Assembly (NCBI GenBank): GCA_018262985.1
Contig: JADFDI010000010.1
Coordinates: 9,274 to 73,273, forward strand
Direction of reading: 5' to 3'
DNA length: 64,000 nucleotides
DNA from: Spirochaetota bacterium
GTDB lineage: Bacteria > Spirochaetota > Spirochaetia > Treponematales > UBA12059
Part shown: positions 37,053 to 47,020 of the stretch, in pieces
Position numbering within the stretch: position 1 is the first letter of the stretch
Layout of the letters: each line of letters opens with the position of its first letter
Translations under genes and position numbers: made by a program
The notes under the pieces: generated by a model
What the model was told of the DNA's origin: nothing
What the model saw: only the letters and a program-made list of their open reading frames with translations
Database searches by the model: none

Positions 37053-37174
37053 CAATTACATCGACCCAATTTGCCACGACCCGATTTCCGGCAACCGCAG
37101 GCGCCCAATCGTGGTAACCCGATGTACAGGCTCCGGAAGCCGCGCCCCGCGCGGAAAGCCGGACGACAGGAGGT

Positions 37175-37630
37175 ATGAACTTGAAAAAGCTGATGATCGT
37201 CATCGCGTTGTTGGCCATCGGCACCATGGCCTTCGCCTTGGGCGCCCGCGAATCGATGACCGAGGACGAGGCCCTCGCCGCGCTCGAGCTCAAGATCGTC
37301 GAGCTCGGCCTCACCGACGAGGAAGCCGTGGCGGTGCGCGAGGCCTTCTACGCCCTCGAGGAAGGCGGATTCCAGGCCAGGCAGGCGCTGCGGCTCGCAG
37401 AGGATTGCCTCGAAGAGGGTCTCCGTACCCAGGAGATGCTCCAGCTGGCCGAGCAGGTGCGGCTCAGGACCAAGGCCGGCGACTCGCTCGAGAAGCTCGA
37501 GGAAATGGTCCGCGAACGCATCCGCACCGCGACCCGGGCCGGCGGCAACGGCAACGGCCAGGTGCCCGGCGGCGCCGAGGGTGCGGGCGCCGGGACGGGT
37601 TCAGGAACGGGTTCCGGTATCAAGCCGTAA
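37175..37630 (+). CDS. small secreted helical protein
   Basis: RBS AGGAGG, then a signal peptide MNLKKLMIVIALLAIGTMAFALG. Helical acidic core with a Gly-rich tail. Confidence 0.55.
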   Translation: MNLKKLMIVIALLAIGTMAFALGARESMTEDEALAALELKIVELGLTDEEAVAVREAFYALEEGGFQARQALRLAEDCLEEGLRTQEMLQLAEQVRLRTKAGDSLEKLEEMVRERIRTATRAGGNGNGQVPGGAEGAGAGTGSGTGSGIKP

Positions 37631-37662
37631 GCGCTTTCGTCCGCTTCCGCCTCGGACGGGAA

Positions 37663-37691
37663 GCCGTCGCGCTCTCGCGCGGCGGCTTTTT
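37663..37691 (+). terminator. possible intrinsic terminator
   Basis: Imperfect GC stem gccgtcgcgc / gcgcggcggc followed by TTTTT. Overlaps the stop codon of the convergent alaX-like gene. Confidence 0.35.
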
Positions 37692-38884
37692 CATGCATCG
37701 CCGAGCTTGCCGACCGCCGCCTTCACGAAGGCCTCGAGCGAAGCCGCGTCGTCGAATGCGGCCTGGAACTGCGTCGGACCGCCGCCGCCCTTCCCGCCCG
37801 AGGCCGCCGCCAGGGGCTTGAGGCGCTCGCCGAGGCGGGCGTCGGGAGCCGGAGCCGCCACCGCGACCTTCAGCTCCGCCGCGGAGGATCCCAGCACCGG
37901 GGAACCGAGCTTGAGGCTGACGGCCTTGACGGTTTCGAGGATTTCGGCGATCGGCCGATCCGCCCACCGGAAAACGCGGCAGCCCGTTCCCCCTGCCCCT
38001 TCATCCTTCGACGCGAGCTCGGCCTCGAGCGCCGCTCGTTCCCGGACCATGGACGCGAGGGAGGACTCGAGCGCCGCGAGCCGTTCCTTCTGTTGGAGCG
38101 ACTTCCCCGACAGCTCGTCCTCGGAACAGGCGAAGGTCCGCGCCAGAACGCGAGCGAGCGCGGCCAGGCGCTTCCAATCGGAGACGGCGCGGTCGCCGGC
38201 CAGGAAATAGACGCGGGTCATGCCCTTGTACTTTTCTGCCTTGATGATCCGGAACGCGCGGATTCGCCCCGTGTGCTCGAGGTGGGTGCCGCAGCAGGGA
38301 GAGTAATCGAGCCCGTCGATCTCGACGATGCGGAGCGTTTCCTCGCCCGCGGGGGGACGTTTCCTGAGCGGGAAGTCTTCGCTGTTCTCGGGCGGACATA
38401 CGTGAACCCTGATCGGATACTCGTCGAGGATGACGCGTTCGATCTCGGCCTCGACCGCCGTGATGTCGGATGCGTCCATGGCGGGGAGGTCTACGTCGAT
38501 GGAAGAATAATCCTCGCCGAGGTGGAAGGAAACGGTGGAGCCGCCAAGGAGGCGCAGGATGACGGCGGAGAGCAGGTGCTGGGCCGTGTGCTGCTGGGCG
38601 TGGTCGCGGCGTCTCGGGGAATCGAGCAGGCAGGCGACCGATTCCGCGCCTTCCGGCAGGGGGCGTTCGAGGATCACCGCGACCTCGTCGCCGAGTTCGA
38701 TCGCGTCGACGACGGGAATGCCGTCGACGAAGCCCAGGTCCGCGGGCTGTCCACCGCCTTCGGGATAGAACACCGACTCGGCGAGGACCGCCGCAGGCTT
38801 CCCGTCAAGTTCGAGGCGCCGCGTGACCCGGGAGACGAGCGCGTCGAGTCCCGGCCGTTCGTAGTAGGTCCTTCTGGTAGCCAT
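37691..38884 (-). CDS. AlaX-L type alanyl-tRNA editing protein (AlaRS editing domain plus DHHA1-like C-terminus)
   Basis: Start MATRRTYYE at 38884. FYPEGGGQPAD, HTAQHLLS, CCGTH (zinc motifs HxxxH / CxxxH). C-terminal GGKGGGGP as in DHHA1 domains. Confidence 0.8.
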   Translation of the reverse strand: MATRRTYYERPGLDALVSRVTRRLELDGKPAAVLAESVFYPEGGGQPADLGFVDGIPVVDAIELGDEVAVILERPLPEGAESVACLLDSPRRRDHAQQHTAQHLLSAVILRLLGGSTVSFHLGEDYSSIDVDLPAMDASDITAVEAEIERVILDEYPIRVHVCPPENSEDFPLRKRPPAGEETLRIVEIDGLDYSPCCGTHLEHTGRIRAFRIIKAEKYKGMTRVYFLAGDRAVSDWKRLAALARVLARTFACSEDELSGKSLQQKERLAALESSLASMVRERAALEAELASKDEGAGGTGCRVFRWADRPIAEILETVKAVSLKLGSPVLGSSAAELKVAVAAPAPDARLGERLKPLAAASGGKGGGGPTQFQAAFDDAASLEAFVKAAVGKLGDA

Positions 38885-39317
38885 GGCCGCATGATAGCGC
38901 GGCGCGGAGGCGGGGTCAAAGGAGGTTCGCGCGAGCGCGGCCTGGGGCTTAATCCAAACACGCTTGAGCGGAGCCTGGCACGCGACAACACACCGCCCTC
39001 GCTCGGGACCGTTCGGGGGCGCGTCATCGCGCGCGACCCGCCGTTCAGCCGTCAGCGAAAAAGCGTCTCCGGGCATGCGCCGGCACGCCGCGGATCCTGG
39101 GGGGGAAACTTGCGTTTTTTCCTTTACCCGGAAAAGCGGCGGGCGTGGCCCACACCCGGCGAAGCACGGTTCCAGAACGACAACGCGGGGGGTGGAGAGG
39201 GGAAACGCACTCCCGAAGCGTAGCGGAGGGAGCGTGTTTTCCGCGACAGGAACTCCGGGGACCTGCTTGGGGAAAAGTTCTCCGCCGCGCGGCGTGGAAG
39301 GTAGGGGGCCAGGCCCG

Positions 39318-40943
39318 CTAGCGGATGTCGAAGTAGCGCCGTTCTATCGCGGCCACGCGGTCGGATGCGTCCTGCCACCAGGCGCTCTCGGGGAACTCGT
39401 CGCGAACGCGCTTGTAGGCCGCGTGCGCCTTGCGGATGTCTCGCAGGGGACCGGGTTCCTCGTAGACGCGGCCGAGCAGGTACCATGGCTCGTCGCCCGA
39501 GTTCGGATAGAGCGACACGAGACGTTCGAGGTTGCGGCGGGCGTTCTCGAAACGGCCGGCGGCCATTTCGTCGCGCGAGAAGCGCAGGAGGTCGGCATAG
39601 GAATCCGAAGCGGGCGAGATCGCCGCGGGGGTGGCGGAGACGGAAGCGGCAACCGGGCTCGCCGGAGCGGTCGCGGCGAAGGATCCGGTCGTCACGGTCG
39701 AAGGAGAGACAGCGATAGGGACAGAGCTCGCGGCGGGCGGGACGGAACCCGAGGCGGCGGGGGCTGCCGACGACGGGCTGAGCGCGGGCGGCGGGACGAC
39801 GGCAGAGGGGACAGAGCTCACGCCTGCCGTGGGAGCGGAGCCCGGCGTGGCGGCAACCGGGACAGAGCTCGCGTTGGATGCCGAGGGCGGTAGCGGAGGG
39901 ACAGAGCCCGCGCCGGCCGCGGGAGCACCGGACGCCATCGGGGGGACAGAGCTCGCGCTTGCGGCGACCGGCGAAGGCGACGAAACCCGGCTGCCCGTGA
40001 CGCTGCCCATGATGCCGGTACCGAGACCGCTCAAGGGAGCCCCGAGCGGCACCGCCGCGTCGGTCACCACGATGCGGGCGGTCTTCGACTCGGGCACGCC
40101 AAGCAGTGGATCGAGCCTGCGGAAGTCGAGGAGATAGTCGCCCGCGCGCTCGGCGCTCAGGGCGAATATGGCGTCTCCGTCCTGGAAGCGTCGATGCTCG
40201 TACGCGATGCCCTCCTGACCCGCCGACTCGCCGAGGTAGGTCCAGCCGGATCCGGAAACGCGAATCTCGAACCGGTCGCCCCGGCGAATCCCGAACTCGA
40301 GATCCGGGCCGCGGGAAAGAGACGAGGGATCGAGCACCTCGGGCGCACCCATGGGTATCACGGCGATCGAAGGAGCCGGAGCGGCGACCGGGGCCGGCGC
40401 GGGGCTCTCAACTGGTTTCGCGGGCACGGCGGGGCTGGCGGCCGGCGCCGCGACAGCCGACGCCGGCACGGCGGGTTTGGGAGTGGGAGGCGACGGGGCT
40501 GGAACGGCAGGTGCGGGCTTCGCCCCGGCGGGCGTTGTGGCCGTGAGAGACGGCGAGGGAGCTGGCGCAGGGGCCGGAGTCAGGCCGGGAAGAACCGGAG
40601 ACGTCGAACTCTCGGGGCTCGCCGCCGGGACGGCGGGAACCGGAGCGCCCGGCGCGGGTTTCGCGGCAGGAGCGGGCACGGGGGCGGCGGGTTCGTAAAG
40701 GGGAACGCCGATGGGCCCGACAGCCTGCGCGGGAGCGAGGTAGGTTACCGCCGGTCCGGGGTCGGGAACCCTTTCCTCAGGGGGTGTCCCGGAAGCGGGT
40801 TCGCCGGTGTTCGGCTCTTCCGCCGATTCCGCCAGGGCCGCAGCCTGCTCCGGAGCGGTCGCGCAGGATGCGAGGGCGACCGAGACGCCGAACGCGATCA
40901 ACGGCCAGATCCAGCGAATCCCAGCGTCTCCGCTTTTCGGCAT
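39318..40943 (-). CDS. lipoprotein with long Pro/Ala/Ser-rich linker and TPR/BamD-like C-terminal module
   Basis: Lipobox VSVALASC. Low-complexity linker contains 5-6 motif-derived (S/G)SVP units. C-terminus FENARRNLERLVSLYPNSGDEPWYLLGRVYE is TPR-like. Confidence 0.6.
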   Translation of the reverse strand: MPKSGDAGIRWIWPLIAFGVSVALASCATAPEQAAALAESAEEPNTGEPASGTPPEERVPDPGPAVTYLAPAQAVGPIGVPLYEPAAPVPAPAAKPAPGAPVPAVPAASPESSTSPVLPGLTPAPAPAPSPSLTATTPAGAKPAPAVPAPSPPTPKPAVPASAVAAPAASPAVPAKPVESPAPAPVAAPAPSIAVIPMGAPEVLDPSSLSRGPDLEFGIRRGDRFEIRVSGSGWTYLGESAGQEGIAYEHRRFQDGDAIFALSAERAGDYLLDFRRLDPLLGVPESKTARIVVTDAAVPLGAPLSGLGTGIMGSVTGSRVSSPSPVAASASSVPPMASGAPAAGAGSVPPLPPSASNASSVPVAATPGSAPTAGVSSVPSAVVPPPALSPSSAAPAASGSVPPAASSVPIAVSPSTVTTGSFAATAPASPVAASVSATPAAISPASDSYADLLRFSRDEMAAGRFENARRNLERLVSLYPNSGDEPWYLLGRVYEEPGPLRDIRKAHAAYKRVRDEFPESAWWQDASDRVAAIERRYFDIR

Positions 40944-40948
40944 ACCGT

Positions 40949-41521
40949 CTACTCCAGACCGTCCAGCATCGTATCAACCTTTTCGCGCACGCGCGACTCG
41001 ATATCCCGAGTATCGACCCATTCCAGGTCCGGCATGAGGAGGAGGAGATCCTCATCGGAGAAGACGGATCGACGGGGACGGTCGAGCGGAAACACGGCGG
41101 CGTCCGGCATGGGTTCAGGCGGTTCGAGGCGACCTGCCAGTTCGAGCCAACGCCGTTCGGGCGGCGGCGGCGCCTCTACGGGCTTTGGCGGTCGGGCGGC
41201 GACCGCGAAGGCCACGAAGAGCGCCAGCACGAGCGCCAGGAAGACGGCAAGGCCGAAGACGAGTCCGGGTCGGTCCTTGAGGCCGACCACTCCTTCCTTG
41301 AGAAGCTCGGAGGGCTTCACGCGGGCGCTCTTGAGCGCGTCCGCGGCGACGTGGGCCGCGTCGTCGTCGAAACCAAGGGCGGAGACGGCCGCGTCGTCGT
41401 CATTGGCCGGAGGCGGCGCTTTCGCGTCCTTCGAGAAGCGGGCGCGGGCTTCCTTCACGATCCGTCCCGCCGCCGCGAAAAGCTTCGCCGGTCCCGTTCC
41501 GGAAGACGCCTTGCCGGTCAT
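40949..41521 (-). CDS. hypothetical single-pass membrane protein
   Basis: Central TM helix GLVFGLAVFLALVLALFVAFAVAA. Starts immediately after the smc stop (41522). Confidence 0.45.
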   Translation of the reverse strand: MTGKASSGTGPAKLFAAAGRIVKEARARFSKDAKAPPPANDDDAAVSALGFDDDAAHVAADALKSARVKPSELLKEGVVGLKDRPGLVFGLAVFLALVLALFVAFAVAARPPKPVEAPPPPERRWLELAGRLEPPEPMPDAAVFPLDRPRRSVFSDEDLLLLMPDLEWVDTRDIESRVREKVDTMLDGLE

Positions 41522-44500
41522 CTAGCTCTGTCCCTCTCCGCCGACGGGACCGTCGCCATCACCGGTACCGGCGGTCTCCGAGCTCTGTCCCTCTCCGCCG
41601 GTTCCGGCATCGTCCGGGATCGGGGCGTCAACGGGGTCGCGGAAGGCGCCATCCTCGATGCCGGGGGCGGAGGATGCGTCGTCAAGGCCGAGCGAGAGCT
41701 CGCGGCCGTCCTCCCAGGGCACCTCCTCCTCGTCCTCCATGGCCACGATGGGCTTGGGCGGGACGATCGGGGCGCCGTCGGAGCGCTCGAGGCGCATGGC
41801 GATGGCCTTGGTGACGCCGGATTCCTCCATGGTCACGCCGAGCAGGGCGTCGGCGCCGGTCACCGTCTTCTTGTTGTGCGTGATGACGATGAACTGGCTC
41901 ATGCGGCCGAATTCTCGGAGCAGCGTGACGAAGCGCACCACGTTCTGCTCGTCGAGGGCGGCGTCGATCTCGTCGAGGAAGCAGAAGGGCGAGGGCTTGA
42001 CCATGTAGGTCGCGAAGAGGAGGCCGATGGCGGTCATCGACTTCTCGCCGCCGGAGAGCAGGCTGATCGCCTCGAGGCGCTTCCCCGGAGGCTGGGCGTA
42101 GATCTCGATGCCCGACTCGAGGACGTGGTCCGGGTCGACCATGCGGAGCTCGCCCCGGCCGCCGCCGAAGAGCCTTCGGAAGAGGTTGTGGAAGTTCTTC
42201 TTGATCTTGTTGTAGGTCTCGAGGAAGAGCTCGGCGCTCTCGGCGCGGATCTCGGCCGTGATGCGCTTCAGGTCCTCGCGCGCCTTCTCGAGGTCCGCGA
42301 GCTGGGTCGAGAGGAAGTCGTAGCGCTCCTTGACCTCGGCGTACTCCTCGACGGCCATGAGGTTGACCGAGCCGAGGTCCTTGAGCTTCGAGCGCGCGGC
42401 GGCGAGCTTCTCGCGGAGGTCAGCCATCGGCGCGCGAAGCTCGTACATGCGCTCCTCGAACTCCACGAGCTCGCGCGAGTACTGCTCGCGGAAGTTGTCC
42501 TTGACGTTGCGGATCTCGGTCTCGACCTGCGCGAGGCCCATGTGGAGCCGCTCGAGCTCGGACTGCACCTGGCCGAGCTTCTCCATCTTCTTCCTGAGCT
42601 CGCCCTGGCGGTTCGAGAGCTCGGAGTTGCGGAGCGCGATGTCCTTCTCGAGCTTCTCGAGCGCCGCGGTCAGTTCCCGTCCCTTCTTCTCGATCTCGGC
42701 GATCTCCTCGTCGAGGTCGGAAAGGCGCTCCTCCGCCTCGGCGTGGCGCTTCTCCTCGAGCCAGGCCTCGTTCTCGAGTTCGCGGAGCATGGCCTCCTGC
42801 GCGGCCACCTCGCGGCGGAGCAGGGCGAGGCTCTCCTCGGCGGCCTGGGCCTGGGTCTGGATGCGGATGCGGTTGCCGCGGAGCTCCTCGAGGGTCTTGC
42901 GGTACTCGTCGACCTTGAGCGCGAGCTCGCGGTTCTCCTCGCGGCGGCGCGCCATATCCGCGCGGCGCGAGGCGACGCCCTCGGCGATCTTCCGGATGCG
43001 CTCGTCGGCGCTCCGCTTCTTGGTGATGATGCCTTCGGGCGAGAGGAACTCGTCGAGGAAGGCCGGGCTCGTGGCCTTGTAGCGGGCGAAGCGCTCGCGG
43101 AGCTCGAGGCTTTGCGCGGCGGTCTCGTCGAGGGCCGCGCGGGCGCGGCGCAGCAGTTCCCTCGCGGAGTCCGAACCCACGTCGCGGAGCTTCTCGAGGT
43201 CGTCGAAGAGGGCGGCGCGGCCCTCGAGCCGGGCCACGATGCCGGCCACGAGCGCGTCGATGGCCTCCTCGGCCGCGCGGCGCTCCTGGGCGGAATAGCC
43301 GGTCTCCTTGAGGCGGGCGTCGAGCTCGGCGACGATGTCCTCGGTGATGGCGTCCAGCTCTCGCTGGGCCTCGCCGCGTTCGAGGTCAAGCTTGAGGATC
43401 TCCGCCTCGGCCTTGACGACGGCGGCCTCGTTGTCCTTGATGCGGCCGTCGGCGACGGCGATGTTCTCCTCGAACGAGGCGACGTTGCGGTCGATCTCGG
43501 CGAGGCGCCCCTTGACGGAACGGAGCTCGCCCTCCTTCTCGTCGACGTCCTCGCGCAAGCCCTCGAGCCGTTCGGAAACGCCCTTGGCCCGGAGCCGCGC
43601 CTGGTCCGCCTTGGCCTTGGCCTCGGCGACGCGCTCCACCAGGAGCTTCCGCTCCTTTTCCTTGCCGGCGCGCTCGACGGCGAGGCCGTACACGGTCTTC
43701 TGGTGCTCGACGAGCGTAGCCTCCATCGAGTTGACCACGTCGAGGCTCTCCTCGAGGGTCTGGTTGATGGCGTCTATCTCGCCCTTCACCTTGTCGCGCT
43801 CGCGGGTGCGGTGACCGACTTCCTCGTCGCGGCGCGCCTTCTCGTCGACGAACTGGCGCAGCTTGAGGAGGTGGAGGTCGAGCTCGGACTCGAAGACCTG
43901 GTCGCGCAAGGCCCGGTAGGCGAGCGTCTTGTCGGCCTGGACCTTGAGGGTGTCGTGGCTGCGCTTGACCTCGCCGAGGATGCCCTGCACCTGGCGCAGG
44001 TTCTCCTCGGTGCGCGCGAGCTTCTGCTCGGCTTCCTTCGAGCGCACCTTGTGCTTGGTGATGCCGGCCGCCTCCTCGAAGAGGTAGCGGCGTTCCTCCG
44101 GCTTCGAGGAGAGGATCTGGTCGATGCGGCCCTGCTCCATGACGGAGTAGGCGCTCTTGCCGATGCCCGTGTCCCAGAAGAGCTCGCGGATCTCCTTGAG
44201 CTTGGCCTGAGTCCCGTTGAGCAGGTACTCGCTCTCTCCGGAGCGGTAGAGGCGGCGCTTGATCTGGACCTCGGGCAGGTCGATGGGAAGCCGGCCCGTC
44301 TCGTTGGAGATGGTGAGCGTGACCTCGGCCACCGATAGGGCTTTGCGCGTCTCGGTGCCGTTGAAGATGATGTCTTCCATGCTCTCGGCGCGGAGGCTGC
44401 GGGCCGACTGCTCGCCGACCACCCACTTGATGGCGTCGACGACGTTGGACTTGCCGCAGCCGTTCGGGCCGAGCAGGGCGGAGATGCCGTCGGCGAACTC

Positions 44501-44560
44501 GATGCGGGTCCGGTCGGCGAAGCTTTTGAAGCCGAAAATTTCGAGGCTTTTCAGGAACAC
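41522..44560 (-). CDS. smc: chromosome partition protein Smc
   Basis: GTG start. Walker A GPNGCGKSN, long coiled coils, hinge, signature LSGGEKS, Walker B FCFLDEIDAALD. Acidic C-terminal extension of about 95 aa. Confidence 0.95.
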   Translation of the reverse strand: MFLKSLEIFGFKSFADRTRIEFADGISALLGPNGCGKSNVVDAIKWVVGEQSARSLRAESMEDIIFNGTETRKALSVAEVTLTISNETGRLPIDLPEVQIKRRLYRSGESEYLLNGTQAKLKEIRELFWDTGIGKSAYSVMEQGRIDQILSSKPEERRYLFEEAAGITKHKVRSKEAEQKLARTEENLRQVQGILGEVKRSHDTLKVQADKTLAYRALRDQVFESELDLHLLKLRQFVDEKARRDEEVGHRTRERDKVKGEIDAINQTLEESLDVVNSMEATLVEHQKTVYGLAVERAGKEKERKLLVERVAEAKAKADQARLRAKGVSERLEGLREDVDEKEGELRSVKGRLAEIDRNVASFEENIAVADGRIKDNEAAVVKAEAEILKLDLERGEAQRELDAITEDIVAELDARLKETGYSAQERRAAEEAIDALVAGIVARLEGRAALFDDLEKLRDVGSDSARELLRRARAALDETAAQSLELRERFARYKATSPAFLDEFLSPEGIITKKRSADERIRKIAEGVASRRADMARRREENRELALKVDEYRKTLEELRGNRIRIQTQAQAAEESLALLRREVAAQEAMLRELENEAWLEEKRHAEAEERLSDLDEEIAEIEKKGRELTAALEKLEKDIALRNSELSNRQGELRKKMEKLGQVQSELERLHMGLAQVETEIRNVKDNFREQYSRELVEFEERMYELRAPMADLREKLAAARSKLKDLGSVNLMAVEEYAEVKERYDFLSTQLADLEKAREDLKRITAEIRAESAELFLETYNKIKKNFHNLFRRLFGGGRGELRMVDPDHVLESGIEIYAQPPGKRLEAISLLSGGEKSMTAIGLLFATYMVKPSPFCFLDEIDAALDEQNVVRFVTLLREFGRMSQFIVITHNKKTVTGADALLGVTMEESGVTKAIAMRLERSDGAPIVPPKPIVAMEDEEEVPWEDGRELSLGLDDASSAPGIEDGAFRDPVDAPIPDDAGTGGEGQSSETAGTGDGDGPVGGEGQS

Positions 44561-44733
44561 GGGTCACCCTCGGGGACAGAGCTCTGCGGGAAGGGCGCAT
44601 CCTAGCACGCCGCCCCCCGCCCCCGCAAGACCGAGGCTAAAGCCTTATATCAAAAAGAGAACCGCGGAGGCTCGGAGGCGCCGGAGGCCACGGCCTCGAA
44701 GTCGGCCGTCGCCGGTTTCGAGGCCGGGCGCGC

Positions 44734-46863
44734 TCAGTCGGCCAGGCAGCGGTCGCGGCCCGAGGCCTTGGCGGCGTAGAGCCGCCTGTCGGCGAGCGCC
44801 ACCATCGCCTCGACCGAGAAGCCCTCGCGTTCGAATTCCGCGCTGTCGGCCACGCCGCCGCTGAACGTCATGCGGATCGCGCGGCCTTCGAAGTCGAGGG
44901 CCAGCGCCCGCGCCGCGCCCATTATGCGTTCGAGCATGACGATGACCTCGCCCTTTCGGGCGCTTGGCGAGACGATGAGGAATTCCTCGCCGCCGTAGCG
45001 TCCGAGCAATTCGTAGGGACGTATCGACGAGGCGAGCAAGGCCGCGAAATTCCTGAGCACCAGGTCGCCCGCCTGGTGGCCGAACGTATCGTTGATGGCC
45101 TTGAAGCGGTCGATGTCTAGGATCGAGACGCAGAAATTCCTCTCGCGCCGCACGTACTCGGCGCCGATCGCCTCGAGGCGCTCGAAGAGGTGGCGGCGGT
45201 TGTAGGCTCCCGTGAGCGGATCGCGGACCGCGAGCTCGCGGATGCGCTCCTCCATGAGCTTTTTCTCGGTGATGTCGGAGTGGGTGCCGTACATCTTGAG
45301 CGGCCTGCCCTCCGCGTCGCGCTCCACCACCCGCCCGCGGTCGAGCACCCAGACCCACGAGCCGTCGCGGTGACGCATGCGGCTCTCGTGCTCGTAGTAC
45401 GGCGCGCGCCCCTCGAAGTGCTCGGCGAGGAGCCGATCCGACTCCGCGAGGTCGTCGGGGTGCGCGAGCGCTTCCCAGGTGCCGATGCTCGTCGGCGAAA
45501 GCTCGGCGAGCGAATAGCCCAGCATTTCCGCCCAGCGTTCGTCGAACACCGTCTCGCCGGTCCGCACGTTCCACTCCCAGGTACCGAGCCGCGTGCCTTC
45601 GATGACGTTGGCGAGGCGCTTCCGCTCGACCTCGAGCGCCTCGCGCAGGGTCACGGTCTCGGTGACGTCGACCATCACCGTAAGCAGGAATCGCCGGCCT
45701 TGCGTCTCGATGAGCTCGCCGGAGAAGAGCCCGTGGATGAGCGCGCCGTCCTTGCGGCGCAGCTCGAGCTCGCGGTTCCGGACGCGCCCCCCGGCCTCGA
45801 GCTCCCCGACCGCGCCGCGCCAGCGGCGGCCGTCGACGAAGAGCCGGAGCTCGGGGCTCCGCACGCCGATCACCTCGCGCCGCTCGTAGCCCAAGACGCG
45901 GAGGAAGGCCTCGTTGACGTCGACGAAGCGGTGGTCGGGGACAGAGCTCACCGCCATCGCCGCGGGATTGCCGTGGAAGAGCCGCTCGAATTTCTGGAGG
46001 GCGGCCTGCTCGGCGCTGAGGTCCTTCGACACGCCGAAGATGGCGGGGCGCCCGTCCCACTGGCCGAACCAGACCCGCGTCTCGACGGGCACCCGGCTGC
46101 CGTCGCGGGCGCCGAGCTCGAGGGGACAGCGGTCCAGCTCGCGCCGGAACATGGCGTCGAGGATGCAGGCCGCCTCGTCGCGCTTGTCGGCCGGGTGCAG
46201 CTCGATGATGGGCAAGCCCACGAAGTCCCCGCGCGCGTAGCCCAGGCGGCGGCACGCGGCCTCGTTCGCGTAGACCACGCGGCCCTCCGTGTCGCCCACC
46301 ACGATGATGTCGTCCACCGTCTCGAAGAAGGTCCGGAAATTCGCCTCGGAGACGGCGATCCGGTCGCCGAGCAACTTCTTGGCGTACGCCGTCGAGACGA
46401 TGCCGGAGATGGTCCGCAACGTCTCGATCTCCGTCGAGGTCCACGCCCGATGGCCGCAGCATTCGTCGAAGCCGAGGAAGCCCCGCACGCCGCCTTCGAC
46501 CAGGAGGGGCGCGAAGACGATGGCGCTGATGCCCTGCGCTTCGAGCACGCCGCGGACGTCGTCAGGCAAGGTGCCGACATCCTCGACCGGGTAGACCACC
46601 TTCCGGTCCAGGATGGCCTTCCAGCTGGGAATGGAAGCGTAGGGGATGTCCTTCAGGTTGTCGATCTCGGGCTCGACCCCCTCGGCGCACCACTCGTGGG
46701 TGTTGGAGGTGGTTTCTCCGTCGTCGGAATCGAGGAACAGGTAGCAGCGGGAAACGCCGAGGCGCGAGCCCATGAGCGCGAGGCTGCGGTTCACCTGAAC
46801 GTCGAAGCCGTCGCCCGTGACGAAGATGAGGGCTATCTCGGAGATGGTCCCGGATTCCAGCAT
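44734..46863 (-). CDS. GAF-PAS-PAS-PAS-GGDEF diguanylate cyclase
   Basis: N-terminal GAF-like domain, three PAS-like repeats, and a C-terminal GGDEF domain with RYGGEEF and DRFKAINDTFGH. Confidence 0.9.
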   Translation of the reverse strand: MLESGTISEIALIFVTGDGFDVQVNRSLALMGSRLGVSRCYLFLDSDDGETTSNTHEWCAEGVEPEIDNLKDIPYASIPSWKAILDRKVVYPVEDVGTLPDDVRGVLEAQGISAIVFAPLLVEGGVRGFLGFDECCGHRAWTSTEIETLRTISGIVSTAYAKKLLGDRIAVSEANFRTFFETVDDIIVVGDTEGRVVYANEAACRRLGYARGDFVGLPIIELHPADKRDEAACILDAMFRRELDRCPLELGARDGSRVPVETRVWFGQWDGRPAIFGVSKDLSAEQAALQKFERLFHGNPAAMAVSSVPDHRFVDVNEAFLRVLGYERREVIGVRSPELRLFVDGRRWRGAVGELEAGGRVRNRELELRRKDGALIHGLFSGELIETQGRRFLLTVMVDVTETVTLREALEVERKRLANVIEGTRLGTWEWNVRTGETVFDERWAEMLGYSLAELSPTSIGTWEALAHPDDLAESDRLLAEHFEGRAPYYEHESRMRHRDGSWVWVLDRGRVVERDAEGRPLKMYGTHSDITEKKLMEERIRELAVRDPLTGAYNRRHLFERLEAIGAEYVRRERNFCVSILDIDRFKAINDTFGHQAGDLVLRNFAALLASSIRPYELLGRYGGEEFLIVSPSARKGEVIVMLERIMGAARALALDFEGRAIRMTFSGGVADSAEFEREGFSVEAMVALADRRLYAAKASGRDRCLAD

Positions 46864-47020
46864 GCGGCGCGTCCCTCCACGGGCGGCGCGTCGATCCGTG
46901 GCCGCCCGGTATCATAAGGATAGGAACCACCGCCGGCGTGTCAAACTTCCCCTCGCTGGATGCCGTCGAGCCGTTCGGCGACGAGGGCGCCGCGGGCGAT
47001 TTCGCCCGCGGCCTGTCTCG

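Noticed and set aside
40784-44338. 1184-aa ORF on the plus strand
   Set aside because: It lies exactly antisense to smc, whose product has unambiguous Walker A, signature and Walker B motifs. Its translation is low-complexity (Leu/Gly/Arg/Glu/Val-rich). Long stop-free antisense frames are expected at this GC content.
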